Below are positions 8,770 through 18,268 of a stretch of 29,975 nt of DNA, one piece after another. Position 1 is the stretch's first letter, and every line of letters starts with the position of its first letter. Source of the DNA: Snowella sp. (GTDB lineage: Bacteria; Cyanobacteriota; Cyanobacteriia; Cyanobacteriales; Microcystaceae); the NCBI GenBank assembly GCA_035285545.1, contig JAYKGY010000001.1:1-29975 (forward strand), read 5' to 3'. The notes beneath the pieces are model-generated. The model made no database searches. It had not been told where the DNA came from and worked only from the letters and a program-made list of their open reading frames with translations. The position numbers and the translations under genes were made by a program.

Positions 8770-11070
8770 ATGGATCGGCAAGGTGATCAACGGTTAAAAA
8801 TTCAAATAACGGGTAAAGTTCAAGGCGTGGGATTTCGTCCTTTTATTTATCGTTTAGCTCAAGAATTAAAGCTAACAGGTTGGGTGAATAATTCAGCCCA
8901 AGGGGTATTGATTGAAGTTGAAGGAAATTTATTCGTATTAGAACAATTTTTAAGCCGATTACAAACAGAAAATCCGCCGCGATCGCAGATTAATACTTTA
9001 AATTTTAGCTACTTACAAACCATCGGCTATCCAGACTTTACTATTCAAAAAAGTATGGGAGGTGAAAAGACAGCGATCATTCTCCCCGATTTATCCACCT
9101 GTTCTGACTGCTTACAGGAAATTTTTGATCCCCATAATCGGCGTTATTATTACCCATTTACCAACTGTACCAACTGCGGGCCCCGTTATAGCATTATCGA
9201 AGCTCTACCCTACGATCGCGTCAACACCAGCATGAAAGGGTTTCAAATGTGCCCGACTTGTGAGCAAGAATACGAAAATCCCCGCGATCGCCGATTTCAT
9301 GCCCAACCCAATGCCTGCCCCGATTGTGGGCCTCAATTAGCCCTCTGGAATGCTCAGGGTGATGAATTAGCTACAGGTTATGATGCCTTACTTGCCACAG
9401 TTAAAGCCATTCAAGACGGAAAAATTTTAGCCATTAAAGGGTTAGGAGGATTCCATTTAGTCGTAGATGCAACCCAAGCGATCGCGGTTCAAACGCTCAG
9501 GGAACGCAAGCATCGACCTGACAAACCCTTTGCCTTAATGTATCCCAATTTAGGTTTAATTAAACACCATTGCCAAGTTAATGAATTAGAAGAAAAATTA
9601 TTACTGTCTCCTGAAGCTCCCATTGTTTTATTAAAACGCAAAAGTTTTGTAAATTCTGAAATTAATTTAGCCGCAAAAATCGCCCCTAATAATCCCTATT
9701 TAGGGGTCATGTTACCCTATACGCCTTTACATTATTTATTATTAGCAGAATTAAAAATACCCATTGTTGCAACCAGTGCTAATTTATCCGATGAACCGAT
9801 TTGTATTGATGAGCAGGAAGCTTTAACTCGATTAAGGAAAATTGCCGACTTATTTTTAATCCATAATCGCCCCATTGTTCGCCCTTTAGATGATTCTATT
9901 GTTCGAGTAATGAATGATCAAGAAACGGTGCTACGTCGAGCTAGAGGTTATGCCCCTTTTTCGTTAGCTTTAACCCATCAATCTCCGATTGAAAAACCAA
10001 TTTTAGCAGTCGGGGCCCATTTGAAAAATACTATCGCGATCGCGGCCCATCAACAGGTTTATTTAAGTCAACATATCGGCGATTTATCTAATATTCAAAC
10101 CTATCAAGCTTTTCAAAATACTTTTCAGAGTTTAGCGAATTTATACGAATTTCAACCCGAAATCATTGCCCATGATGCCCATCCCCAGTATTTATCCACC
10201 CAATATGCCCAATCTCAAAATTTACCCTTAGTGGCGGTTAATCATCATTATGCCCATATTTTAGCCTGTTTAGCGGATAATCAACTCATACTCCCAGTTT
10301 TAGGAATTGCCTGGGACGGGACAGGATACGGCTTAGACCGCACGATTTGGGGGGGAGAATTTATTCAGGTTACGGAAAATCAATGGGAAAGAATAGCTTA
10401 CTTTCACCCTTTTAAATTACTAGGGGGAGAAATTGCTATCAAGCAACCGCACAGAATTGCTTTGAGTTTATTAGCCGAGTTAAATCAAGATCCCCTTAGT
10501 ATCCTACCCGATTGTTTAAAAACGCAATTTACCCTACAAGAATTAACCTTATTAAAGTTAGTGTTAGAAAAAGATTTAAATAATCCTGTAACTTCGAGCG
10601 TCGGGCGTTTATTTGATGGGGTTGCTGCTATTTTAGGGCTTATTCATCAAGTGACTTTTGAAGGGCAAGCGGCGATGACAGTTGAGTTTTCTGCCTTAGA
10701 TATTCAAACCGATGATTTCTATCCTTTTAGCATTCAGAAACAGCCTAACCATCCATCCCATATCATCCAATGGCAACCCATTTTAAGCGCAATTTTAGAA
10801 GATATTCAGCAAGGAGTATCGGTTAATTGTATTGCAGCTAAGTTTCACAATAGTTTAGTGGAAATTATGGTCGCGATCGCCCAGTTAGTCGGAGAAAGTA
10901 ACGTATTATTAACGGGCGGTTGTTTCCAAAATCGTTATTTAACCGAACGAGCGATTGATCGGCTCAAAGCAGAAGGGTTCGTCCCCCATTGGCATCACCA
11001 GATCCCACCGAATGATGGAGGAATTGCTTTGGGGCAAGTTCTAGCCGCTTTATTTCTCCAATCGAGATAG
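8770..11070 (+). CDS. hypF: Hydrogenase maturation carbamoyltransferase HypF
   Basis: Acylphosphatase domain GKVQGVGFRP; Zn fingers CSDC, CTNCGPRY, CPTC, CPDCGP; KGLGGFHL; HHYAH; DGTGYG; PNDGGIALGQ. Confidence 0.97.
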   Translation: MDRQGDQRLKIQITGKVQGVGFRPFIYRLAQELKLTGWVNNSAQGVLIEVEGNLFVLEQFLSRLQTENPPRSQINTLNFSYLQTIGYPDFTIQKSMGGEKTAIILPDLSTCSDCLQEIFDPHNRRYYYPFTNCTNCGPRYSIIEALPYDRVNTSMKGFQMCPTCEQEYENPRDRRFHAQPNACPDCGPQLALWNAQGDELATGYDALLATVKAIQDGKILAIKGLGGFHLVVDATQAIAVQTLRERKHRPDKPFALMYPNLGLIKHHCQVNELEEKLLLSPEAPIVLLKRKSFVNSEINLAAKIAPNNPYLGVMLPYTPLHYLLLAELKIPIVATSANLSDEPICIDEQEALTRLRKIADLFLIHNRPIVRPLDDSIVRVMNDQETVLRRARGYAPFSLALTHQSPIEKPILAVGAHLKNTIAIAAHQQVYLSQHIGDLSNIQTYQAFQNTFQSLANLYEFQPEIIAHDAHPQYLSTQYAQSQNLPLVAVNHHYAHILACLADNQLILPVLGIAWDGTGYGLDRTIWGGEFIQVTENQWERIAYFHPFKLLGGEIAIKQPHRIALSLLAELNQDPLSILPDCLKTQFTLQELTLLKLVLEKDLNNPVTSSVGRLFDGVAAILGLIHQVTFEGQAAMTVEFSALDIQTDDFYPFSIQKQPNHPSHIIQWQPILSAILEDIQQGVSVNCIAAKFHNSLVEIMVAIAQLVGESNVLLTGGCFQNRYLTERAIDRLKAEGFVPHWHHQIPPNDGGIALGQVLAALFLQSR

Positions 11071-11195
11071 ACAACTTCTATATTGAATTTTTGACCTAGA
11101 AGAAGGCATTTAGTAGCAATTTCTTGGTATCCAGCTTGAGCAACCGAATTGAGGCATGAGCTTCATTCTTGATGAAAAATTAACTATCGGAACGA

Positions 11196-11258
11196 ATAGA
11201 ATTATTTCTATGGTTTTTAGAGAAGTGATTGACTTTCTTGTTGATGCAAAACTACAAT
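11196..11258 (+). promoter_or_regulatory. Putative promoter of the LysR gene with upstream ATAG-N8-CTAT site
   Basis: ATAGaattatttCTAT at 11196-11211; TTGACT (11229-11234), 18-nt spacer, TACAAT (11253-11258). Confidence 0.55.
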
Positions 11259-11308
11259 AGGCAAAAATCAGCTTATTGACAAAATACATAAAATTTTTCT
11301 ATAGATTT

Positions 11309-12238
11309 ATGAAGCAAGCCACCCTCCACCAACTCCAGATTTTTGAGGCGATCGCGCAACATGGGAGCTTCACCAAGGCAGCCGAGGAACTGTTTCTCAC
11401 CCAGCCCACCGTATCCCAACAGATGAAACAATTGACCAAAGCGATCGGGATGCCGCTATTCGAGCAGATTGGTAAACGTCTATACCTTACCGATGCGGGC
11501 AAAGCGGTTTTGAGTATTAGCCGCGATATTTCCCAGCGTTTTAATGACTTAGAAATGACCCTAGCAGATATCAAAGGGCTAAAACAAGGAACCTTAAAGT
11601 TAGCGGCAATTACAACAGCAAAATATTTTGTCCCACGAATTTTAGGAACCTTTCGCCAACGCTATCCAGGAATTCGCATCGTCTTACAAATCGCCAATCG
11701 TCAGCAAATTTTAGACCGTTTAGCCAATAATTTGGATGATCTCTATTTTATTGGTCAGCCTCCTGAAGACTTAGATATTAATTTACGCCATTTTCTGGAT
11801 AATCCCTTAGTGGTTATCGCGCCTCGTAATCATCCCTTGGCCAATGAAAAACATATTCCCCTAGAACGCCTAGCCGAAGAACCCCTCATTATGCGGGAAG
11901 CCGGCTCAGGAACTCGTATGGCTGTCGAAAACTTTTTTGCAGAAAATCGCCTCCAAATGTCAGTAGAAATGGAAATCGGCAGTAATGAAGCGATTAAACA
12001 AGCTGTTGTGGGTGGACTTGGCTTATCGATTCTTTCTCGTCATTCTCTCGCCTTAGAAGGCCTGCAAGGCCCCTTAATTGTTCTTGATGTCGAGGGGTTT
12101 CCCATTCAAAAACACTGGTACGTCATTTATCCAGGCAGTAAACAATTATCGATTGTGGCTCAAACTTTTTTGGAATATTTGTTAACCGAAGGAAAAGAAT
12201 ACGCCCAAGAGACATTCATTGAACTTAAAACCCATTAG
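11309..12238 (+). CDS. cmpR: CbbR-type LysR regulator, most like CmpR
   Basis: ATLHQL..GSFTKAAEELFLTQPTVSQQMKQLTKAIG, NRQQILDRLANNLDDLYF and FFAENRL are closer to recalled CmpR than to NdhR/CcmR. ATG 11309 preferred over TTG 11276. Confidence 0.75.
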   Translation: MKQATLHQLQIFEAIAQHGSFTKAAEELFLTQPTVSQQMKQLTKAIGMPLFEQIGKRLYLTDAGKAVLSISRDISQRFNDLEMTLADIKGLKQGTLKLAAITTAKYFVPRILGTFRQRYPGIRIVLQIANRQQILDRLANNLDDLYFIGQPPEDLDINLRHFLDNPLVVIAPRNHPLANEKHIPLERLAEEPLIMREAGSGTRMAVENFFAENRLQMSVEMEIGSNEAIKQAVVGGLGLSILSRHSLALEGLQGPLIVLDVEGFPIQKHWYVIYPGSKQLSIVAQTFLEYLLTEGKEYAQETFIELKTH

Positions 12239-12385
12239 GTTGAATGGAATCTATGTTAAAACGATCTCTCAAGACTTAAATCTATCCAGTGAACATTCAA
12301 GCAAAAATTACGGGATTTTTACAAAAAGAGAGTTAGTCGCTGTTATATAATGCGAGTACCTTCAATTAATCCCGAATCTGCATCA

Positions 12386-12667
12386 ATGAAATGCTTATTA
12401 GCTTTAAGTTCTTTAACCTTATTAATGCTGACTGTTTCTGCTTCAGCCCTTCGTGCCGACGATGATCGGGATGTGACTCCTCAAGAAAAAGCTCAAATAG
12501 AACAAGTGCTTCGAGCAATGGGCTGTAATTTCTATGATGATGCCGACTTTGAAGGCGATCGCCAGCGATATGACTTGAGTGATGTTATTTGCAATGATGG
12601 AAAAAAATACGATATGTATCTGGATCAAAGCTTTAAAGTCATTTATAAACGAGAAGATCGAGATTAA
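12386..12667 (+). CDS. Small secreted PepSY-like protein
   Basis: Signal peptide (MKCLLAL..ASALRA), then IEQVLRAMGC..DDADFE..YDLSDVICNDGKKYDMYLD with two Cys. Alternative start at 12350. Confidence 0.6.
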   Translation: MKCLLALSSLTLLMLTVSASALRADDDRDVTPQEKAQIEQVLRAMGCNFYDDADFEGDRQRYDLSDVICNDGKKYDMYLDQSFKVIYKREDRD

Positions 12668-12765
12668 TCGAAAAAGCGAAGTTTCTGCTTTCTTGAACGA
12701 TCAACTTTAAGTGTCAAAATAGCGTTATCGTAACGGATAAGGTTCATGGGAGAGGAGAGACATTA

Positions 12766-14253
12766 ATGACCAATAGCGCACGGAGAAGACGAGAACTCTC
12801 TCCCGCAATGATTCAAAGCATCGTCGGCTTAATGTTAATTGCCAGTCTTGGCGCACTCGGTTTCTTAGCGTTTTGGATTAAGGATATTCGATTTGGTCAA
12901 CGCGGATATAACGCAACTTTTATCTTTTCTGATGCAGCCGGAATGTTACCAGGAACGAGAGTGGACTATCGCGGGGTGCGAGTGGGTCGTGTCGTTTCCG
13001 TTGTCCCCGAACCAGGTGGCGTTGCCCTTAATGTCGAAATAAACCCCGCTGATCGCATTATTCCCAGTAATTCCGTCATTGAAGCGAAACAGTCCGGTCT
13101 CATTGGGGAAACCTCGATTAATATTGTGCCGCAGGAAATTGTTGCGCCTGATGAAGTTACGGCTTTGCCCCTAGATAAAGACTGCGATCGCGATCTGATT
13201 ATTTGTAATGGAAGTCGGCTGAGGGGGGAAGATGCGTTGGATGTAAATTCGCTAATTCGTTCCATGATGCGGATCTCGAATTTCTTCACGGAACCTGAAA
13301 TCGTTAACGCCATGCGAGCCTTTGCGACTAAAACGCCCCAAACCTTGAATAATATTACAGCTTTAAGCGGAGAGGCAGCGAGTTTACTCAAAAAAGTCAA
13401 CCAAAGTGGCAGTGTTCGCAATTTAAACAGTACGTTGCAATCGATTGATCGCGCAGCCAGCGATTTATCGACTTTTAGTAATCAAGCAACCACTATTCTG
13501 CAAGATGCTCGGCAATCAGGAACCATTGATCAATTAAATGCAACCCTCGCCTCCACACGGGAAGCAGCCCGACAGGTTCAAGTCTTTATGGCCGTTAATC
13601 AAAATCGTGTTGGTACAACTCTCAACAGTATTCAAGCCACCAGTGATGAATTACGAGTCAGTGTCAGACGGATCGATCCGCAATTACAGCAAGTTTTAGG
13701 ACAATTTGGAACAACCGCAGGGAGATTAGACACCACTTTAGGTCAGCTAGAAAGTAGCAATGCGATGGCGACCTTGGAAGAAACTTTGAGAAATTTAAAT
13801 ACAGTTTCGATTAATGCCAAACAATTAACTGAAAATCTCAATAATTTTTCCGTCAATTTAAATGATCCGACGACGCTTTTAACGTTACAGCAATTGTTAG
13901 ATTCGGCCCGTGCAGCTTTTCAAAATATTCAGAAAATCACTTCTGATGTTGACCAAATTACGGGAAATCCTGCCCTACGACAAGAGATTATTCGCTTGAT
14001 TAAAGGCTTAAGCGGTTTAGTTTCTACGACTGAGTATTTACAAAAGCAAATTCAATACGCCCAAAGTTTAAATAAAATGTCGGCAGATCTCGCCGTTATT
14101 GCCCAGTCTGATCGCTTAAGCTTTTCTGCTCAACAACCCGCTTCGGTTCCTGTTTCTCCTGCTGTTCCAACCCTGCGATCGCCGCAATTGGTCAATCCAG
14201 CCAGTAAACAGTATCGAGAAAATCTGATTTCTCCTGATCAAAGGCAAAATTAA
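12766..14253 (+). CDS. MlaD/MCE family protein (Ycf22-like)
   Basis: N-terminal TM, MCE domain (FSDAAGM..GTRVDYRGVRVGRV, QSGLIGETSINIVP), long helical C-terminal region. Confidence 0.9.
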   Translation: MTNSARRRRELSPAMIQSIVGLMLIASLGALGFLAFWIKDIRFGQRGYNATFIFSDAAGMLPGTRVDYRGVRVGRVVSVVPEPGGVALNVEINPADRIIPSNSVIEAKQSGLIGETSINIVPQEIVAPDEVTALPLDKDCDRDLIICNGSRLRGEDALDVNSLIRSMMRISNFFTEPEIVNAMRAFATKTPQTLNNITALSGEAASLLKKVNQSGSVRNLNSTLQSIDRAASDLSTFSNQATTILQDARQSGTIDQLNATLASTREAARQVQVFMAVNQNRVGTTLNSIQATSDELRVSVRRIDPQLQQVLGQFGTTAGRLDTTLGQLESSNAMATLEETLRNLNTVSINAKQLTENLNNFSVNLNDPTTLLTLQQLLDSARAAFQNIQKITSDVDQITGNPALRQEIIRLIKGLSGLVSTTEYLQKQIQYAQSLNKMSADLAVIAQSDRLSFSAQQPASVPVSPAVPTLRSPQLVNPASKQYRENLISPDQRQN

Positions 14254-15332
14254 AATTTTAGATAACCTTCAATTAAGAAATCCGATTCAATTGATTGAAT
14301 TGTAATATCGGTTAAGGCCAAAGCTTGGGTCATTTGCGCTAACCCTAAATCACCAATCGGCGAAAATCCTGATTCTCCACCGATAATTTTGGGCGCGATA
14401 AAAGCCATTACCTTTTGAACACAGCGATCTTGAATTGCCTTTGCTGCCAGAACTCCGCCACATTCCCACAACACATTTAAACAACCTTTATCATAAAGCC
14501 ATTGCATTACTCTATCAGGCGTTAAATTTTCTAATTCAACTACTTCCACACCTTGATCGCGTAAAGATTGCTGTTTTTCTGGGTTGCTTCCTGTTTGAGT
14601 AAAAACCACAGTTGGCGCGATCGCGGTTTGCCAAAGATTGGCTTCAGTGGGTAAGTCCAAAGAACGAGTCATGACCACCCTTAAAGGATTGCGATCTCTG
14701 ATTCCATGTGTCGTTAAATTGGGATTATCGAGCCTGACCGTATTGCCGCCCACAATGACCGCATCACAGGCCAGCCGCGTTTGATGCACCAAGTTTCGCG
14801 CCGCCGTTCCCGTCACCCAAGCACTATGACCCGTACTAGCCGCAATTTTTCCATCTAAAGTCATGGCATATTTCAAAATACCGAAGGGTCGCTGATACAA
14901 CATCCGATGGATAAAACCCTCATTTAACCGACGACAATCCGCTTCTTCTACACCCACGATCACTTCGATGCCTGCTTGCCGTAAACGCTCAATGCCTTTG
15001 CCTGCGACAAGAGGATTCGGATCAACCATGCCGACCACCACTTTACGAATTCCCGCTTGTATCAACGCTTCTGTACAGGGGGGAGTCCGTCCATGATGGT
15101 TACAGGGTTCGAGATTAACATACGCGATCGCGCCTTGGGATTGTTCTCCTGCATCTCTAAGGGCAAAAACTTCCGCATGGGGTTGGCCTGCTTGGGGATG
15201 GTAGCCTTGCCCCACAATTTGCCCATTTTTAACAATAACCGCACCAACAAGGGGATTCGGGGCTGTTCTACCTAGAGCTTGGCGAGCTAACTCCAAACAG
15301 CGTTGCATCATCTCTTGATCAAAGGAAGCCAT
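14250..15332 (-). CDS. ribD: Riboflavin biosynthesis deaminase/reductase RibD
   Basis: PNPLVGAV, HAEV, LEPCNHHGRTPPC, KYAMTLDGKIA, WECGG. Confidence 0.97.
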   Translation of the reverse strand: MASFDQEMMQRCLELARQALGRTAPNPLVGAVIVKNGQIVGQGYHPQAGQPHAEVFALRDAGEQSQGAIAYVNLEPCNHHGRTPPCTEALIQAGIRKVVVGMVDPNPLVAGKGIERLRQAGIEVIVGVEEADCRRLNEGFIHRMLYQRPFGILKYAMTLDGKIAASTGHSAWVTGTAARNLVHQTRLACDAVIVGGNTVRLDNPNLTTHGIRDRNPLRVVMTRSLDLPTEANLWQTAIAPTVVFTQTGSNPEKQQSLRDQGVEVVELENLTPDRVMQWLYDKGCLNVLWECGGVLAAKAIQDRCVQKVMAFIAPKIIGGESGFSPIGDLGLAQMTQALALTDITIQSIESDFLIEGYLKF

Positions 15333-15339
15333 ATAATTA

Positions 15340-15388
15340 ATCCCTCCGCCTACGGCTTTCCCCCTTTGAAAGGAGGGCTAGGGGGGAT
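15340..15388. repeat. Cyanobacterial short palindromic dispersed repeat (CCCCCTTT..AAGGnGG..TAGGGGGGAT type)
   Basis: ATCCCTCC..CCCCCTTTGAAAGGAGGGCTAGGGGGGAT forms a nested hairpin; a related copy lies at 20606-20635. Confidence 0.6.
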
Positions 15389-15468
15389 AATATCGAGTAT
15401 CTTCTCTGCAATTTCATCCAATTGATTTGGTATTAGGTTTTCAATATTTAGAAAAATTAGGATTATTT

Positions 15469-16815
15469 TTAAAGCTGAGATAATTTTGCTTCGGCTTGTT
15501 TCAATAACTGCTGAGCTTCACTATAAGCCGTTGTATTGGGTTTAACCTGTTTTAATTGGTCAATAATTTGCTGTAAGTTGCTGATTAATTGATTGCGATC
15601 GCTGGGATTCGGTTTATCGGGTAAGGAGCTAATTAAACTTTGAATTTGTTGTTTTGCTTGGTTTAGCTGATCAACGGATTTTTGTTCAACCCCTAACTGT
15701 ATCTGGACTGCACCGAGTTTTTGTGTATAGTCTGCTAAATAACTTTGAGCCGCTAAGTAATCGGGATCGCCTGACTTTACTTGCTGTAACCGATCTAGGG
15801 CATTTTGCCAAAGGTTAATAATCTGTTGCCATTCTGCCACCGTGTGGGGAGCTTTTTGGGCATCAACTATCGCCCGATTCGCAAATTGTTGGGCAGCCGC
15901 AATCATAGTTTGGGTTTGGCCACTGCCCGCAATACGTCCTGCCAGTTGTTGAAATTCCTGCTGATAGTTGCGGAGTTTCGTTTCGCCCACATTTCCCGCC
16001 CAAGTGCTTTGGGGTAAGAGGGTTAACTGATTTAAGGAATTTTGCCAATCGGCGATCGCGGCTTCCTGTTGGGCAGGGGTAGTGGCTTTCTGAAAGGCTT
16101 GTTTCGCACTTTGTAAATCCGTTTCGGCAGTCTGGAGTTGATTAACGGCATTCACTTCTTGGAACACCCTCGCATCCATGCGTCCGACTTGGGCCCTGGC
16201 CCGATTAAATTCATCAAAAGTAAAATGCCAAGAACAGCCCATATACCGACAAATCATGATTGGTTCGTAGCCTAAAAACCAGACAGGCAGTTTATCTAGA
16301 TTTTGTTGCGCTAATTTCACCTTTTCGGCTCCCAAGGTAATATCCGCCGCACTCGTTGCCTGATTCACCAATTGATCCGCCTGTTCTACGTGGGCGATCG
16401 CCTCTCGGTAATTGCGATCCATACTCAGATAACTGGGCAATAATAAAATCGGAGCAACCCTGGCTACAGGTCGTCGAATCATTGGGTAAGGCAAATTCAC
16501 CAACCAAACCAATCCCGAAAGAGCCACTACACTCGCAGCCGTAATTCCGCCAATTTTAGCAATTTTAGTGATTTTACCACTACCCTGATTGTGTTTTGCC
16601 GCCTTTTGTAAAACTTGCTGATTAAAGGACGGAAACATATCCGTTACCAGTTGTTCGAGTTCCCCCTGACTGAGGGGCTGACCCGGTTGCGTCACCAGTT
16701 TATCCAACCGTTTAAGCACGATATCCCGTTGAATATCCAAATTTTGGACTTGGGATAGTTTATCCACCTCTGCTAACAATAATTTGCGAGCTTGGGAATT
16801 GAGACGCATCATCAT
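15469..16815 (-). CDS. Membrane-anchored helical-repeat hypothetical protein
   Basis: 448 aa, one TM near residues 85-107, Gln/Ala-rich helical repeats (W..A...L..V....P.Y..AQ type). Confidence 0.75.
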   Translation of the reverse strand: MMMRLNSQARKLLLAEVDKLSQVQNLDIQRDIVLKRLDKLVTQPGQPLSQGELEQLVTDMFPSFNQQVLQKAAKHNQGSGKITKIAKIGGITAASVVALSGLVWLVNLPYPMIRRPVARVAPILLLPSYLSMDRNYREAIAHVEQADQLVNQATSAADITLGAEKVKLAQQNLDKLPVWFLGYEPIMICRYMGCSWHFTFDEFNRARAQVGRMDARVFQEVNAVNQLQTAETDLQSAKQAFQKATTPAQQEAAIADWQNSLNQLTLLPQSTWAGNVGETKLRNYQQEFQQLAGRIAGSGQTQTMIAAAQQFANRAIVDAQKAPHTVAEWQQIINLWQNALDRLQQVKSGDPDYLAAQSYLADYTQKLGAVQIQLGVEQKSVDQLNQAKQQIQSLISSLPDKPNPSDRNQLISNLQQIIDQLKQVKPNTTAYSEAQQLLKQAEAKLSQL

Positions 16816-16853
16816 GGTCAGACCTATCTAAACCGATAACGAAATGGGGAATT

Positions 16854-17768
16854 TTATGGGGTACTCGGTGTTTCAGCCACTTCACTTTTAGCTTGGAACT
16901 GGGCCAACCGTTCCGGGGCATTGGCCATCACTTCATCAAATTTTTCTAATAATTCGCCTGGATAGCTTTCTAAGACTTTGGTTGACAGAGAAATGCGATT
17001 TTTAATTTCGTCAATTTCCAAGACCACCACCTGAACTTCTTGTCCCAACTGGAAAATGGTATTTAAGGCATCAATCCGCGCCCCGCTGATTTGGGTAATG
17101 TGCAATAATCCCGTCACGCCCTTGAGATCCACGAACACCCCATAGGGTTGAATTTTTACGATTTTACCGGATTGCAAGGTTCCACTAACTAGATTAGTAA
17201 TAGCAGCAGCTTGAATAATTTGACGTTGCGACAAAACTAATTTGTTGGTTTCCTGATTCGCTTCGATAATGTTGGCGGTTAATAGCTGACCGATCAATCC
17301 TTCTAAGTCATTTTTTTCCACTAAATGCGATCGCGGAATAAAACCCCGTAATCCTTCCACATCACCTGTTACCCCCCCTTTATTAGTGCCTGTCACCCGA
17401 ACCTGAACCGATTTATTCGATGCCGCAATCTCCGCTACATTTTCCCACGCTTCTTTGAGTTGCAACTGACGCAAAGAGAGCATGACCTGACCTTCGGAAT
17501 TTTGTTCACTGGTGACTAAAAATTCCCCTTCTGCATCCAACGGTAAAACATCGGCAATATTTTCAACGTGCTGAAGAGAAGCCTCTCTCAGGGGGAGAAA
17601 ACCAGGCGATTTCCCGCCAATTTCAATATATGCACCATCAGAAGTGTGCTGTGAAACTTTTCCTCGTACAACCTGTCCTTTGTCTGCGTGGTAATCGTGT
17701 TGTTCTAACGCCTTAGCAAAATCGTCGTGAGAAAAGGACGCGGAAGAAGAATGGGATTTCGAGGCCAT
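16854..17768 (-). CDS. S1 RNA-binding domain protein (ribosomal protein S1 homolog B / Nbp1-like)
   Basis: Three S1 domains: GQVVRGKV..IGGKSPGFLP; NKGGV..GLRGFIPRSH; PYGVFVDL.GVTGLLHI..RISLSTK. Confidence 0.9.
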   Translation of the reverse strand: MASKSHSSSASFSHDDFAKALEQHDYHADKGQVVRGKVSQHTSDGAYIEIGGKSPGFLPLREASLQHVENIADVLPLDAEGEFLVTSEQNSEGQVMLSLRQLQLKEAWENVAEIAASNKSVQVRVTGTNKGGVTGDVEGLRGFIPRSHLVEKNDLEGLIGQLLTANIIEANQETNKLVLSQRQIIQAAAITNLVSGTLQSGKIVKIQPYGVFVDLKGVTGLLHITQISGARIDALNTIFQLGQEVQVVVLEIDEIKNRISLSTKVLESYPGELLEKFDEVMANAPERLAQFQAKSEVAETPSTP

Positions 17769-18268
17769 GGGAAATGAATCGTATTGTAAATTAGACTATT
17801 CTAACAGGTTCTTTGAAAAATGAAAGTATCTGAAAACAAAGTTAAGTAAACAATGTAAAAATGAAATCGTTTTGCTCAAAAGTTTTACCTGATAAACGGT
17901 TTACTGAATATTTAGATTGATAGGACTAGTTCAGTAATAGTTACAAATACTTAACAATATTTGGTTTTCTGTTTTTATCATTGAATCTTTATTTAAAAAA
18001 CTCTTTATTAATATTTAATAGCAATAAATTAATGACGTGTTGAGGTGTTAAATTAATCTTTATCAGTCAATTTATCTTAGGCTTAATCTTTTTTCTAAAA
18101 CTGCGATAATGAAACTTTCTGAATGTTTAAATTTATAAGTAAGTCAACTTAATTAAAAGAAAAATAGGTTTTGCGTCTAAGCCTAAGGCATAAGAGTATC
18201 ATGTTCCTACGTGAATTTTTTCGTCGGAATTTAACCCTATTAAATCCTTTGATTCAGTGAAAGAATGG

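Noticed and set aside
11299..13421. Antisense ORFs 11299-11574, 12443-12628 and 12966-13421
   Set aside because: Shadow ORFs opposite the cmpR-like, PepSY-like and MCE genes.
15333..15468. FMN riboswitch upstream of ribD
   Set aside because: Conserved RFN elements are absent; the structure is explained by a dispersed palindromic repeat.
15057..16544. Short ORFs within ribD and the 448-aa gene
   Set aside because: Nested or antisense, with no independent support.
17936..17960. RpaB HLR1-like direct repeat GTTACAAA-tac-TTAACAAT
   Set aside because: Spacing and second half-site fit poorly in very AT-rich DNA.
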